Below are positions 1 through 11,708 of a stretch of DNA of 64,000 nt, piece by piece. The stretch covers positions 124,001-188,000 of the forward strand of contig NIVC01001567.1 of NCBI GenBank assembly GCA_002269645.1. Direction: 5' to 3'. Both the position numbers and the translations under genes were made by a program. The DNA comes from Macrostomum lignano (taxonomy: Eukaryota). Numbering within the stretch: position 1 is the stretch's first letter; each line of letters opens with the position of its first letter. The notes under the pieces are model-generated. The model ran no database searches. It was given only the letters and a program-made list of their open reading frames with translations, and was not told the origin of the DNA.

Positions 1-2
1 CC

Positions 3-401
3 GCGACGCGCTCTGATCGCGCCGAGAAATATTGCGCGGAGTGTGCCATATGGTACAGGGATGCTGTGAAGCACGCCAAAAAGCATGCCCGTCTGTTATT
101 GTCGGCTGGTATACCGGCGGCAGATGCTGTTGAGGACATGGCACCGGAGGCGGCTCCGGCAGCAGCTTTATCATTGTCTCCACCTGCGCCTCAGTCAGCG
201 GCTCCACCTGTGCCTCAGTCAGCGGCTCCACCTGTGCCTCAGTCAGCGGCTCCACCTGTGCCTTCGTCGGCTTTGGCGGTGGCTACGCCTGCATTATCCG
301 CTATCCCGCTGCCGCCGCTGCCGCTTCCCCTTCCCCTTCCACCGTGCTGTCGGCTTACTGCGGCGACAACAGGCGTCTATTGTGCCAGTTATAGAGTATA
401 G
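3..401 (+). CDS. Window-truncated ORF with a C2H2-like zinc finger and Pro/Ala-rich tail; probably the N-terminal part of the downstream recombinase gene
   Basis: Frame 3 is open from base 3: ATRSDRAEKYCAECAIWYRDAVKHAKKH (C-x2-C-x9-H-x3-H), continuing into the track ORF 66..401. Confidence 0.4.
   Translation, partial: ATRSDRAEKYCAECAIWYRDAVKHAKKHARLLLSAGIPAADAVEDMAPEAAPAAALSLSPPAPQSAAPPVPQSAAPPVPQSAAPPVPSSALAVATPALSAIPLPPLPLPLPLPPCCRLTAATTGVYCASYRV
188..263 (+). repeat. 24-bp tandem repeat x3 (GCCTCAGTCAGCGGCTCCACCTGT), encoding PQSAAPPV
   Basis: Three consecutive copies read directly. Confidence 0.95.
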
Positions 402-526
402 AGTACAGAGTATCTTTACTGGCACCTCTATAATAGAGTATCTTTACTGGCACCCATCCAATGGCATTTGAAATCCCGATATTGAGGGCTACTGCGATGC
501 GCTGGACGCCCTGCTGCGCCTGTTAG

Positions 527-1680
527 GTGTCCCTGTTTGGCAAAATTGCGTCGGTGGCATCTGCTGAAACTGTTGCGGCGGCGGCGGCGGCGGCCGCTGT
601 CGATCTCGACGCTGACGACGAATTGCAGGCAAACATCTCTCGAGCGCGTCAGCTTCATCATCAAGTATTCTTTGAGTATTGTCTGGCCGAGCCGTCAGAG
701 GCTGCCGCTGCCGCCGAGCTGTCGCGCACCAGTACGAGCAGCGGGACTGTGCGCAATCGTTCGGAGGCACAGATAAAGTGGATGAAAATTACTGAAATGT
801 TCGTCGAGTATGATCCCGGCAAACATCGCCACTATCTGTACATCGGCGGTTGGATGCAGCTGCCGGTAGAGCTGACTGTCGTGCTGAGCAAGCGGTGCGC
901 CATGTTTTTGAAACGAATACGCACACTGCGGCAGACGCACGACTTTCGCTACAAGCTCGACGCACCGAAGCATCACGCTAAAAAGTGAAAGAAGCTGCTG
1001 ACTGATGACAAATGGCGCATTATCCTAGCTGACTACGTTGATCTGCTCGCGCAAAGCAGCAGCAGCAGCGAGCGCAACAGATTGGTCGTGCATGCGACTA
1101 TGCAGCATCCGCAACGCATTCGACCATGGATAGGACTGCGCTGGGATTACATTCAACCCGACAGTGTCTACCGGATGGACAATCCGGAGAACAACTATTC
1201 GACCATCAGCGTGCCGGGTAGACGGGTTAGTCACAAGAAGCGTACGACCATCGGATGTAGCGTCCTCTGTGTGTCGACTGCATTCGTTGAGTTGCTGCGG
1301 TCATGGCGCAATTCGCTGACAGCCGCTGCTTATTCGTCTGCATTCGCCGCTGCCGCCGCCGCATGTCCGTTTGTATTTTGTATGCGCGCTGGCAAGATGT
1401 CAGTCGGCACATACAGCCACGCGGTGGAATCACATGCTGCCCGCCTGTTAAATCGCAGAGGCGTAGGGCTGACAGTGTTCCGCAGCTCCAAAACGACCAT
1501 CTTGACCGCCAGTCATCCTGAGCTGACAAGATCACTAGCCAGCCTGATGAAGACGTTGAAGGCCTTGCTGTTTAGGCATTATGCCACTGACTCTATGTTG
1601 TCCAATAAGACCAATATGCAGGCAACGATTGCTGCGCTGGTGGCTGGACGTGCCGCCGCTGAAGCCAGTTCTGTATCTAG

Positions 1681-1711
<31 letters not shown>

Positions 1712-1825
1712 AAGCAATCTGAGCGTCGTCAGCGGCCACCAGCCGGTAGTAGACGTCGTCGAAGGCCGCTGCCACAAAAGTCTAGTTCTTCGGAGGATGA
1801 AGCCGCCGCCGCCGCCGATGATTAG
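527..1825 (+). pseudogene. Tyrosine recombinase (HKT-type) with one in-frame TGA at 986-988
   Basis: ORFs 527..988 and 1082..1825 share a frame and are separated only by TGA 986-988. Motifs occur in YR order: QHPQR (Arg I), SHKKRTTIG (HKT-like Lys), FVF..AGK, GLTVFRSSKTT (HxxR-like), LASLMKT..LFRHY (Tyr). Two His positions are degenerate. Confidence 0.7.
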
Positions 1826-2825
1826 CAGCTCGCTACTACTGTTGTTGACAGGCCAGATAAAAGCGGTGCAGCGTCGTCGTTTCTATCGCTTTCGCAGCCG
1901 ACAACTTATGATCAGAAGCAGTGTCGGCAGGCAGCAATCATGGCATCCAGCTGCATCGAGCAGATGTCCCCATCGCCATCATCTAGATCGTCGAGGTTTT
2001 TTGTTGCTTGACATCAGCGGCCGTAAGAACTTGATTTATTGACAACTCGACCATAAACCATAGAAAATACTATTATAAAATTGAACCTATTGAAACGCTA
2101 TATGTATACAGAACAGAGCTAGCACAAAATGGGCTCATTTTTATGTCACAATATGTAGGACCAGATAATAGACGAAAATAAAAAACTGGAGATTACGACA
2201 AGATTCACGTCGCAAAATTAGTGTTTCTTGAGGTGAATGAATTAATTAATAAGTAGCTATTCACATAACATAATTAAGTAGTAATTGTGAAATCTTGATG
2301 ATGCTTTTTTGTTGTAACTTTCTCATGTCTCATTTATATGTATGCCCCAATATTTTTCAATATTTTCATCTCATAACTACAATGCATCTGCGCCTTATAT
2401 TGCGCGCATTGTTGTGCATCATCGCTCGTTCTCTCCCTCTTTCTCATTGTTTACACCCATTGGTAGAACATTTTCCTAGCGCTTATTAGACTAGAAGTAT
2501 ATTGTTGGTTTAAATATTAGCAGTAGCTAGTTCGTCGGCTGGTTGGTTGGACATGGCTGCAGGTTGAAGGGTTGAGCGCTTTGAAATAGTGCTTGGCACT
2601 TCGGCAACTCTGTGCCAAGCACTATTTCTAGCGCTCAATGTTGCATGGCATTTAAAACTAGTATAGCTGTACAATTTCAGATTGATAACTTTTACTTGCT
2701 GTTTGCTATCGATCTAGGGTATGTCGCACACTATTTGGGAATTATGCTAAGCTCAATTTCCTTAAAATATAGCCAATAGTCTTCCAGCCAGCCATTTTTA
2801 TAAGTACTACAGATACATAGCTCGT

Positions 2826-2829
<4 letters not shown>

Positions 2830-2868
<39 letters not shown>

Positions 2869-2881
2869 ATGTATATATATA
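2830..2881. repeat. (TA)n microsatellite
   Basis: Read directly. Confidence 0.95.
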
Positions 2882-4099
2882 ATCTTTAAAGGGAATATTT
2901 GTGCTACGCAAACTTTCGCAATTGTGCTTTTATTCTCTATATTGCTTGGTTTTTTATTGTCGTATACACCACACCACCTTCAGTCATAAAATATTCAGTC
3001 TCTATGTTGTAAGTTTTATGATAAAACATAGTTACTTTTTTGTCTATGGCCGCAACCGAATTCACGCACGCTCTATAGCCCACATAAACGCACTCGGCAG
3101 GATAACATTGAATTTCCATAAACAGGCTGAGATTGACACTAACTCTCGCTTCACTTGCAATACTGCGAGCTTCTGGCAAAAGTAATCGTTCTCATCCATG
3201 TAATCATCACTTAACTCTATGATGTATGAAGCATCCACGGTATGTAACAAATGCGTGCATGGCTATACATGGCTATTATGCATTGTACGGAAATTGGACG
3301 CCAAAAATCCACTGCACGGAACTTCAAGAGGAGACACGAAAATCATACCATGCTTACCGAGCGGCGAAATAGTCAGCAAACAATGCTCAATTAAGCCAGG
3401 TCATTTGCGATGTCATCGGCAATGGAGCTCAAAGCTCAGATGATGAGTTCGAACGACTGCCAGTGAGAGCTCCAAATTTTGGCAGTAAGCGTATGGAACT
3501 TTACAACCTCATGCTGATTGAGGAAGCCTTTGAGGTTTTCAACGAGGTCTTTGACGACGAGCAGCAACCTCCTGCCATCGATGAGCAGCAGCAGCAACCT
3601 AAAGACGAGATGGCTGAGGCGCTCCTCGACTTTTTATTGAAGGACAAGCCGATGCTTGCCCCAGTTTTCTAACAATGAACCCGATTGTTGCCCCAGAGTC
3701 GATTCCTGTAAGCAGTGTCAGCAGCCGGCTACAGCTTGTCCTACCACCAATTTCTTGTGCTGGATATTTCATTATTGTTGGAAATAACACATTTGCATTA
3801 GTTTTATTGTGAGCTTCTTATTTTTTAAACTACGAGCGTAATAATGGGTTTTCAAGTTGCTTTAGTTCAATGTAACTTTTCTAGTGCAAAATTCTATGAG
3901 TTTGTATGTACAAGCTACAAGAATTCCCTGTTCTATGTATATTACTATTACTAAGCGATATTGCCAAGATTTTGGTCTGTTCGTCATGGTGGCCATTAAA
4001 GCAATTATTTCGTAGCAAGAATGGTAGTAATGAGGTAGCACAGGGAAGTTTTCCGAGATAATCGCTAGTGTCTAAAAGTGGTTCTAAAATCGCCTGATT

Positions 4100-4591
4100 T
4101 GAGAGGCAAAAAAGCGTCAACACGCTTGATGGACCAATATACGTAGGTCAGTGCGTCCTTGATCTATCCGAGTTGGTTATGCATTCGCTGTGGTACAACA
4201 AGCTGAAACCATAGTTTGTAGACGAGAAAGTTCGGCTGCAGTTCAGTGGGGACACCGACTCTTTTTCATATGCATCAGGAATATTAACCCTGTGCACGAG
4301 TTCCTGCCAGAGTTGATCAAAAGGCGGATTTTTGACATATCAAACTTTGTTGACGGCCACTGGCTAAAATCTGACGAGTTGAAAGCCAAACTTGGCTGTG
4401 TCAAAGACGAATCCTGCGGAATCGAATACAAAGAGTGGATTCCCCTCCGACAAAAACTGTACAGTTTCCAAAGCTCCGCCGCTTCCGCTGATAAGGTCGC
4501 AAAAGAAATTCAGAAAGCCATACTGAAGCAGTACATTAATCCCGCAAAATATGTTGCTGCATTTGAATCACTCAAGACGCTTGATATGTGA
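4100..4591 (+). pseudogene. Protein-primed family B DNA polymerase (Polinton-type), palm/thumb fragment
   Basis: PIYVGQCVLDLSELVMHSLWYNKLKP*F...FSGDTDSF (DTDS at 4251-4262), then a frameshift into FDISNF..HWLKS..KAKLGCVKDESCG..LRQKLYSF..KVAKEI. The usual C-terminal DDKR motif is missing. Confidence 0.9.
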
Positions 4592-5413
4592 TACGCACCG
4601 CATTGAAAGCTTTCAATGCGGGATGGGGGATGAGGGATGGAGCATTGACATTTATTTGAAAGACTTAGCGCATCAGTTAAAGTTGTTCAAAATATAGTCA
4701 GTCCTACTATTCATTTCCTCGTACTTTCGTCGTTCATCACCAATATATTAAAAAATTGTACATCGCATTTTATTTTCACCATAGCATACCAATGAAATTC
4801 ATTTTCTAAACTAACGCAAACGAGCGTAAGCTTTGATTTATAAAAATAACGTGACTTCAATGCAGCCATTTGTATTTCTGCTTTTTTACACATCTGGTAG
4901 CTATCTCTATACATACAAACTTATAGAATTTTGGTATACTCTTGTGGTACATGTAATTTTATTTTCACGCTTTAGTCACATTTCGTTACAAACCCAAATT
5001 TTTTCATAATTTCATTAATTATCATCGAATTTGTTACTAATATTTTTACAGCTTACGAGCTCGTAGCTATTTTAACATGTAAATTTTATTAGATGTCAGG
5101 CTATGGATAATTTTCTTAATTTTCTCTTTCCTTTTGAGATAGGTTCCTGTAGACAGACTAGATTGTAAATGCCCAGCGAGAAGACTAATTCGAACCTCGC
5201 TAAATTGGAAACTCGAAGGAAAAGAGATCGCCGCCGAGCAAAAAGCATCAGTTCAGAAATGAAGCGATTGAGCAAATTATACGAGCAAATTAAGGTTGAA
5301 AATGGCATACTTGTTATTGAAAAAGTAATTAACAAAGTTTTATTGCCAGTGTCGCAAATTATCTAATTGCGGGTTATTTAATAATGCTACGAATGTAGAC
5401 TACCTATTGGCAC

Positions 5414-5825
5414 TTACCGGTGCCTTGGCTGCTTAGCTGTTTCAGCGATATTCTTCCTGTGGTCCGCAACTGTTTCTAGCTTTTCTCTTATGATATTTCT
5501 GGCGATTTCTAGTCTCGGCGTGATATGTGACAAAAGCTGTGCAGCCTGATTATTGATTTGGCTGGTGTATTTGACTATCCATTGGCAGCACAGGTTCCCT
5601 TTAAATAACAGGAAATGGGGTAAATAGCCTGTGGTTTGATTCACACGTGTGTATTGCAACAAGTGCTGCGGGAATCATCAAATCACAATTGCTGTGGTCC
5701 TTCTTGATTGGATTTGTAAAGATGGATTTTACTTGTTTGTTAAACCTCTCTACCAAGCCATTACTTTAGGCATGGTACGGGGTGGTACAAGTGTGCTTAA
5801 CATTGTACAGATCGCAATCGTTATT
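5414..5825 (-). mobile_element. Ty3/Gypsy integrase C-terminal core fragment, related to the 11.7-14.8 kb element
   Basis: Minus strand: LYNVKHTCTTPYHA*SNGLVERFNKQVKS..DLMIPAALVAI, then frameshift to NQTTGYLPHFLLF..LEIARNIIREKLE. Colinear with 13740-13950. Confidence 0.9.
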
Positions 5826-5827
5826 TT

Positions 5828-6964
5828 TTGCGTGTTTGCCAGCTGAATATCATTGAGGATATCGCCTTTACTCAAGCTAATTTGGCGTTCAAAGCCGTTG
5901 GCAGACTTTTTCCTAAAGCTGGTGGAAGGATCGAACATTTTGAGACAATTTGCAAGGAAGACCTGGAAAAGCTATATAGCTATTTTGATCGGTCAACCCC
6001 AACTGTACTTCTGCACGAGGTTTACTTCGTACTCATTTACTTTTTTTGGTCAACGTGGACGAGAGTGGATTCGTGGTTTGACAGTTGAGTCTGGAAATTG
6101 AGGACAATCCTGTTTGTGGCGCAATTATTAGACTTCGCATTCGGCTGCAAAAGACTTTGGGTACTACTAAGATTTCATTTCATGCAAAAAGCGAAAACAA
6201 GGAAGCGGTGATCCGGGCTACTGATGGAGGACAATGTCCTTTACAAGCCGTCAAGCTGTATCTTGAGAAGCGTGGCGCCACTGTGAGATTATTGAAAGAT
6301 GCACCGTTGTTTTTGTCCCCCAATAAAAATGTAGCATTCAGTGCTGCTTGGTTTACCAAGGTCCCGCTCGGTGTGAACAGTCTCGGTGGAATGATGAGGG
6401 CTATATCGAGCGCGGCAGGACTGTCGAAGGGATACACAGCTTACTGCATTCGTCCAACTGTTATCTCTGATCTTCACGAAGCTGGATTTAGTCTGGAGCA
6501 AATTTGCAAGATTACGGGTCACAGATAGACCAAGACAGTTCAAAGATTAGTAAAACGGAAAACATGCATAATTTTTTTCTATGCTACCTTTATGCCTTTC
6601 TTGCTATAACCTACAACTTAGGTACCTGACGCATGGAAAGCGCAAGGCTACGGAGATAGGTAACATGTCGGACGCACTATCAGCCACGCTGTATGGATCC
6701 ACCAGCAAAACCAATGAACCTGAACAGAATTCTTTGACCATTGCTAATTCTAGCTCCATGACTGCTACCTCTGCTGACGTTGCCCAACAGCCGGACCCAA
6801 AAGTGGTCGTGCCTGTCACCAAGCTCGGACCTTTTTTCTCCAGTCAGCACCTTATGAACCAGGTGATTGACGTGGATTCCACCAACGTAGAAGGGAACCG
6901 TTCAGCGTTTTCGCTTAACTTCAATAGAACTTTTGCGAACTGCGTGTTTAATTTCAAGCCCTAG
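5828..6964 (+). mobile_element. Crypton-type (DUF3504) tyrosine recombinase, C-terminal half, decayed, with one intron (6546-6621)
   Basis: NIIEDIAFTQANLAF..FDRSTP..EVYF; CPLQAVKLYLEK..LFL..WF..PLGVNSLGGMM..AGLSKGYTAYCIRPT..ITGHR*..TVQ; after the intron RYLTHG and an FANCVFNF tail typical of DUF3504 proteins. Confidence 0.9.
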
Positions 6965-7789
6965 GATGCAACCTGACATCGTCAGTGCTATTCAAACAAA
7001 AAAACTACTAAGTTTTACCGAAATTTATTTTAGTAGTATTGCAGTTATGTTTTAAATTCCTGTGGTTTTGACGTTAGAATACTGTATCAATTTCCAGTTC
7101 AACTTGAATAACAATAAGTATTCTAAAAAAAGGAGCGGGCAGCAACGGGACGTTGCCGCACGCAAATTGGACGTTGCGGCACCTTGTCTATGGTAAAAAC
7201 ATTCACTAATGCACTGCCAAATCGTTGGTCAATAGGAACGATTGCATGGACGCCTGAATGGGACATCCTATTTTATTTCCAAACACGTAATACACTCAGA
7301 GATGTACTTCTCAATGACTGTCACTAAGTCAGGTCTCCAGAAACTTTCTTCAACATTTTGGGGCCTATAACTTTAACACTATTTTGTTCCACCTTCAGTA
7401 CGTCCTTTTTTGTTTCCTCATTACTTTTATATTAGGTGTGCATGTGCGTGTATTTGTGTATGTCTTCATTAAATAATAAATTCGTGAATCAAAGACAGAA
7501 CGATGCATTTGAATTCTGCAAGATTTTGTTAGTTCAGTTAAGCTTCAAAATATCCTCTAATGACTTAAAGGTGTTGGTGGTAATTGGTGAGGACAATTCG
7601 CGCCTAATACCGTTTTCATTTGGATTGAGCGTTGGCATGACTATTAAGGAACATCTCGACACATCGAGGACACCGGCACCATCTGGGACATCTGCGAATG
7701 CTAGTCAAGTAGGTAATCGACGTTGCAAAGCGGCTCTACTGCTCAATAGAAGTCAGAAAATGCTGTCTCTGTGAATCCGTCTCAACAAT

Positions 7790-8260
7790 CACTGGTATCT
7801 CCAGGAAATCCAAGAACATGAAGGCTCCCCTGCCATGCACGGTCACGCGCTTAACCACTTACAGCAGAAAGCCGGGCTTCTCTGCGAAACACTGCCTGCC
7901 CAGTGCTGAAATCTGCAGCTGGCCTCTGGGGTTTTTCATGATGGATAAGTACATTACTTTCAAGCTCATTGTTCGCAACCAGTTTCCCTTGAATAATATA
8001 TGCTGAGTCAGCATCACCAAAAAGCATGACAAATGATGCGAGATTCTAGTGAAAAAATTCGCATTGAAGCAGATCACGGGGCTTAATGTTTGCCTCGATG
8101 TTGGATGGAAATCACTGGGCAGATGCACAACTAGACTGCTTAGCTCTGCATGGCCTGCCTGTGAGATCCCTCTGCCAGGCTTCACATCAAGCATGACGTC
8201 TCTGTACTGGATCAGGTGTTTGACAAAAGTTGTTTTTCCTGCATTGGCAGGCCGGAGAAA
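7790..8260 (-). pseudogene. Polinton/PLV A32-FtsK-like DNA packaging ATPase, internally deleted
   Basis: Walker A PANAGKTTFVKHLI, then FFTRISHH..LTQHILFKG..RTMSL..MKNPRGQLQISALGRQ, matching the SHH / QN / KNPRD motifs of Polinton ATPases. The Walker B acidic pair is not visible. Confidence 0.85.
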
Positions 8261-9373
8261 ATCATGCAGCTTCCTGCCTGAGGCGGATATCGTAGCAAAC
8301 TCGCTTTTCTTCTGCCTATTGCATAAATAACTGTTGAAAAAAATCACGAACACCTTCTTAAGTTGGCTTCAAACCTCCGAAAAATTAAATTATTTAAATG
8401 ATTTTTTTATTAAAATGTTTCAAAATCCACCCAAATGATCGATTGAACAGAAATTTTTGATAAGAAATATATACATGCAAAACATTCCGCATTTATTTGA
8501 GTTTAAACATTGAATTTTGTTTATATTGCTTCGGAGCCAAAAGCTAGTTATTTTAATCTCTCGAACAAAATTATAAACCATAGACAAAATTTCTGGTTCC
8601 TAGCCTAGGCAGTTCAGCAACACAATGGAATTTCTTTGCTCAATATAGCATACAACCCAGATATCAAATGGGGAATCGTAATTACACTTATACCCAGACG
8701 CAATAACAAAATGTTTTGCTATTATTCCACACATTTTAGGTTCTAGGCCATAATACATAAGGAGTTGAAATAACGTAGTTATTATTAAGTGTATTTTAAC
8801 AGATTAACTTGTGACCCATTTGAACAGTAAATTATTCATTGTGATATTATATACTTATTAATTGATATCAAACAAATGCAATGTTGAAAACGCCAAATTG
8901 CACGAAAGAGATTGCATGCACCGCTGGCTCGGGCGTTTTATCAGAGAGCTAAACCAATTTATGCCTCGTACTTGTTGGGTAAAGAAGCGCAGGTTTGAGG
9001 GAACAGACTGCCTTCTTTGCAATCTGACGGGAGTAGCGACATGCATTTCTTCACAAGTCCCGCTTCTTTCCATACAGCCTCGCTTAATTTGACATGTCGT
9101 ACTTGAAACGCGTTAGGGCAGAACTTTGATTCTTTGCGGGCAGATTCGGAAGCGCAAAGTAGACTCTACTGTGACGTTGCTAGTTTAAGTGGTCCCGCAA
9201 AAGGGCCGTTGGACTATAGTTTCCCTTGCAATTTCTCATTTTAATTTCTCCAATAGTTTATTTCAACGTTTACTTGTAGTAGCGTGCAAACAATCTGTAT
9301 CAACTGCTAATTCACTGTGTATTTGGTAGGCCTTGTGCTCGACTGTAAATTTTAGCACGATCGATAATTTCAA

Positions 9374-9927
9374 GTTATCTCGCCAGCCAATGAAAACCCC
9401 GCTCATGTTTTAGGCTAGCCCTCGCGCGCCCCTTTATTAACCCCCCGTCTGGCGGCGGGCTGGGTTTTTCACTTCTTTCTCTTGTTTTCCTTCTCTCTCT
9501 CTTGGCTGCCTCGAGCCTCCTTATCTCTCGCCACGGCTCCTCTGTCTGGGCCAGCCTGTTACACACACTGTGTTCCACTTGTACTTCTACTACGGCTAAC
9601 GCCAGCTCACTACCGTTCTGCCTACTCACGACCGCTACTCACTGCCATTGCCTCATTGCCATCCTTCATCGTCTACTCATCTGATCATTAACTCGTTGTT
9701 GCAGCCGCCAGTGCCCATACTGTTATCGCCTCTGTAACTCTATTATTATTTTGAGAAAATATAAGAGCCAGACTACAACGAATTTCTATTCTCTATTAAT
9801 AAGTGCTACCGCTACACGAAACCGCTACACCGCCATTGTTCAATTAACCTTCCTTTTGGACTACAACGACAACTCTCGTTAAAACGGCCCTCTTGAGGAC
9901 CATAGCCACTACGCCAATAACGTGACA
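9374..9927 (+). mobile_element. LTR-like sequence (solo or 3' LTR remnant) abutting the Crypton fragment
   Basis: CCAAT and TATA-like motifs, a pyrimidine-rich tract, and a terminus ...ATAACGTGACA where the adjacent Crypton coding sequence breaks off. No TSD or second copy found. Confidence 0.4.
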
Positions 9928-9929
9928 CT

Positions 9930-10620
9930 ACCATCGGCATCCACCTGCTCTACCAGACTGCTCGTAGACTTCAGTTCCGGCAAATGCTCTTGCATTCCCA
10001 AGCTCCCCGCACACATACAAAATAGTGAACACGACTTTCTTCTGAAGCTTTTCAGTGGTACTCCGATCAAAAAAGCCTCTTAGCTTAATTAAGTCATCTT
10101 CCTCGATCGCTTCGAATTGTTTTGATGTGCCACTAGCATTGTGAAACTCGTACCCTGACCCTGAGCATGCGATTCGCACTTGCAAATTCTTCTCCTCCTA
10201 CGATGCTGATCGACCGCTTTAGAATAAGGTTAAAGTACCGGTGAATCGCGGCACAAATGCATACGAGACTCGATGGCGGATAAATTCCACCGTCCTGCTT
10301 TTGCAAACCGTAATAAAGTATCGCAAATACTCGTTGAGCTTCCATGCCTCCACTGTCCCTGGCAACTCTGGAGTGTTCTCAGTGAGAAATTGAACGAACG
10401 CTTCGCCGTGCCGATTCATCTGTTCAACCGTTGATTTCAGAAGTGACTGTAGCTCGGCGCTACCTATTGTCGAGAGAAACTGCTAATTGAAGCCATCCAC
10501 TTCCGGCAGTTCTTCAGTTCCACGGTTGTTCTCAATCCAATCAATGAAATCCCGCAAGGCCTGGTCATCATGATGGTCCGTTGAACTAAGCTCAGACAGC
10601 AGTGTAGTGTGAGCATCTTG
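9930..10620 (-). mobile_element. Crypton-type (DUF3504) recombinase, N-terminal half, frameshifted
   Basis: KLNEYLRY / YYGLQKQDGGIYPPSSLVCICAAIHRY..IVGGEEFASANRML / FEAIEEDDLIKLRGFFDRSTTEKLQKKVVF across three track ORFs. Confidence 0.85.
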
Positions 10621-10799
10621 CGTGAATTTCTGTTTTATTATGAATTTCTATTAGCTAGTAGTTGTATTGTTGATAATTATTTTGCTCTATTTTAGTCACG
10701 CGTTTTTCAAAGTACTTCTTAGTTTAGAGTTTATTTTTTGTGTAAACAAGCCAAAATAGCTAGACGCAATTTTCAGTCAAGAGGGTCGACAGTTTGCAG

Positions 10800-11224
10800 T
10801 GTACCCCGGCTTTGCGCGACCAGCCAATCACGATCGGCCTGGACCCCTGGCGCGTGGCAAAACAAGTCTACCCGGCCTAAGAGAGCGCCTCGGGTCCAAT
10901 GCAAGTCGGATTAGCAAGCGGCCGGCCAGACACCCACCACCCGGCTTGAGGGGGAAGGGGTTGGAAGGGTTTAAAAGTTACTATATACGAAAGTGTGTTT
11001 TGGCGGTCGGATCTCACTTCTGTTTTTCCTGGACTTGAGTATGTCCCGTTCCCGGCCTTTCTACCTCTTGTCGCGCTTTGAGGCGCTCGATTTGAATCGA
11101 TCCCCGGTCTTAGCTTTGTTCCCTGCCCAACCGCAATAGTTTTGCTGACGTAACGCTCGCGATAACCTTGTCCAGAGAGCGTCGTTGGCAAGCGCGGTTA
11201 GATAGGAACTGACGATTTTGACAC
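10800..11224 (+). mobile_element. Probable 5' LTR of the downstream Gypsy element
   Basis: Begins TGTA, contains CCAAT and TATATA followed by a pyrimidine-rich tract, and lies upstream of pol. The right boundary and PBS are not identified and there is no 3' partner. Confidence 0.35.
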
Positions 11225-11708
11225 ATTACGTGACCTTGACCCCGAGGGCCTCAGTGTTTCATTGAAGGGCAGAGCTGGTAGGACTTAGCCAGAGCTCCGC
11301 TGAACTGTCAATCCGTCAGGGTCCTCGCCTGAGAGTAGGCTTTGGGTTTAGGTCAGTGGTTAGGGATCTTTCTCCGTGGTCCTGTGTCGGTCTTCTCTTC
11401 TTCCGTTCTTCAGAGCTGAGATCCACTCACCAATTTGCGTTAACTAAATACGAGCTCGTATATCGTTTTTACTATCAGTGCTCGAATATTAAGTGCGTTG
11501 CGAATTTACGTTATTAACAATTGTGTAATCTGAATCAACTAAATTAAAGCGTCAGAGTCTTATCAGCCATTATCAATTAGGATTATCACTCTCTAAATCT
11601 GCCTGGAACCGCTTTAAATCGCGTACCGTACCGTACTTTTACCGTACCTGCGACTATTCGAGAAAGTCTGGTAGGACTCGCAGACCAGCGATAGGTAACT
11701 AGGACTAG

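Noticed and set aside
8858-9230. Possible decayed coding fragment on the minus strand (RDHLN..H, zinc-finger-like)
   Set aside because: Multiple stops and an incomplete Cys/His pattern; too weak to call.
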